Below are positions 61,882-64,000 of a stretch of 64,000 bases of DNA, piece by piece. The stretch covers positions 8,758,011-8,822,010 of the forward strand of contig NW_002060945.1 of the NCBI RefSeq assembly GCF_000150275.1, in the 5' to 3' direction. The notes beneath the pieces are model-generated. The model did not search any database, was not told the DNA's origin, and saw nothing but the letters and a program-made list of their open reading frames with translations. Numbering within the stretch: the stretch's first letter is position 1; every line of letters begins with the position of its first letter. The translations under genes and the position numbers were made by a program. This DNA is from Trichoplax adhaerens. Taxonomy: Eukaryota > Animalia > Placozoa.

Positions 61882-64000
61882 GGGCAGAAAAATAGAGTCT
61901 AAAATCGCAAATGGACCACACCAACTACTGTACAGTACAACAGGACTTCCAGTATGCAGACTGCTACAGTACAGTACTGTACGCTACAGTACAATGCACT
62001 CTCACCAGACGATACTGTGCCAAGGCAGAAATTCCTGGTGAAATTGAATTAGCAGTTCGGTTCAAATTAGCGTACCCAACCGCGCTCGCTGGTCTAGTGC
62101 TAGCCTACTCGCTCTACAGTATAGTTCAGTAGCGGAATGGACTCGTCCATGGGACAGTCCATCATCGGTCGTGATCCAGTCTGTTATTGCTAGAAAGCTC
62201 CAGGACCGGACCGGACCGGACCGGAACAAGACCAGGACCCCCGACTAAGTGTCTGGACTCTTTCCACTAGAGAGACCACAAGTGGATCCGTTGGCGTGGA
62301 AATTTTTCTTCTCTTGGGGAGAAACCAATTGATTGATTGCTTGGACGCTTTTTTATGGCTGGTGAATATCATCCAATGGAAAAATCACTATTTGATCTAT
62401 AGTTATTGAAACAGTAGACATCCAAATCAATCGATATCAGGCATAGTGTATTCAAATTGGAAAAGGACCACCTTAATTGATCCATCCTTGCCACTTTGTA
62501 TTCATTCTTATCATCGTCACAGTAAAGTATTGGGGAGCGACCAACTTGGTCCGCCGTTGTTCCTTCTAACATATTCTATACTAGGAATCTAGGATAGAAG
62601 CAACATCGAGACTGGTTGAAACCCTCTTGTCTGGTGCTACTGGAGTGCAGCAATGAGTGGAAAAACGACCGCAATCAAAGCATTTCGAAAGGAAATTTCT
62701 TATAACATTGTTTTATTGAATGATGAAATTCAACGTTTCACAATTCATGTAAGTCTTCATCCGTTCAAATGCACTCAAAAATGTCTTGTATCCTTCATTC
62801 CACTCAGCAGCGCCTATCAAACCTTACTAGTTAACCGTCTGCGTATCTTTGCGCATTATTTCACTTATGACCAACTCAACCAAGGTCTAAAGGTCTTGTT
62901 GAGAAACAATGCAGTTATTAATGGATTCTTTAGCTTATTTCTACACTACTCTCGCATGCAATGTCGTCATGTCGTACTGATTGTACCTTGCCTCTTACAC
63001 AATCGAGTGGATCAATTCCTTTGTCGATATTTCCATCATGAATCATCTCATACAATATTGGAGGCAAAGGTTCACTGAGACACACAGTACTTCAACAACA
63101 AGAATCTTCCCCCCCCCCCCCAAAAAAAAAAGAGAATCTTCTCAACGTGTACATAGGGACACGATCATCAGCGTTGATGTCTCGCATTTCTTCTACTTTA
63201 ATGATAATGATCATGCATTGAGATAATCATATTCTCATAGGGACGCTCGTAGACTACATCTAGTCAACAACAACGTAGTCATTCAACTTCAAAGCGTCCC
63301 TCCAATCCAAGGATTCCTACTCTACGTCCAATTTTATTGCACCTTACCCCTACCCCTATGGTCCAGCTCCCAACACGTTGAACTCCAATTGACTTGATTC
63401 GTAGGCGTATTGATCGTATTGAACCGATCAGTCACACTATTTAAATAGCAACATGAAACATCGAGAAGAAACATGGAAAAACTTCTTTTTTTTTATCCAT
63501 GCCGATTGGAATCGTCGCTTTTAGCCGCCTTGATAGCTATAGTCAACGATAATTAAACCATTATGAGCACTATAGTGCCTAGATACAATGCCGGACGTTA
63601 GGATAGCTTTTAAGTAGATACAGTTGAAATGGATAAAAATCTTCCACTCTTCAGGACTGCAATAAATTGAAATTAAATCACTCTTCGTTATTGCAATATT
63701 TTCAACTATCATAAATCATCATATTATAAGGATTGATCAAATCGTAGTAGTGGTTAAACAGTAAATTACAAATTCATTCCTTCACGTCATTACTGTAACG
63801 GGTTTTCACACTTTCAATGGATGCAGTTACAAATCTTCATCAGCGACGGCATAGCCACCCATTTACACTGTCAAATTCTACAGTACGTAAATGGTGCATT
63901 GATCTTTATATCATGCTGTAGACAATATCAGAAATTTTAAAATACATCTTTAAACGTAAAATTGCTTGCAATATCTACTACTTGCGATGTTGAAGTATTG

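Overview
AT-rich, gene-dense eukaryotic DNA with many short GT-AG introns. The gene set and architecture suggest an early-branching animal, most likely a placozoan such as Trichoplax; this is an inference, not verified. Nine protein-coding genes can be rebuilt by hand-splicing: AVL9 (+), DDX23/PRP28 (+), CFAP210/CCDC173 (-), EHHADH with a PTS1 -SRL end (+), NFX1 (+), SPAG6 (-), CISD3/MiNT (+, missed by the ORF track), STUB1/CHIP with an intronless CDS (+), and SCAP (-). The non-coding DNA holds several unrelated tandem arrays (units of about 93-284 bp). These lie almost only on the 5' side of genes and often chain into one another through shared junction sequence. The ~175-bp array next to AVL9 carries a Pol III B-box-like motif in each full unit. 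Both motile-cilia genes have RFX X-box-like sites upstream. A 50-N gap separates what look like two haplotype copies of the same 203-bp array. I found no tRNA, rRNA, CRISPR array or intact transposon. I cannot claim a new biological system. The best leads are the promoter-side chained arrays, the tRNA-like satellite, a structured 110-bp repeat, and the variant SCAP regulatory motifs.
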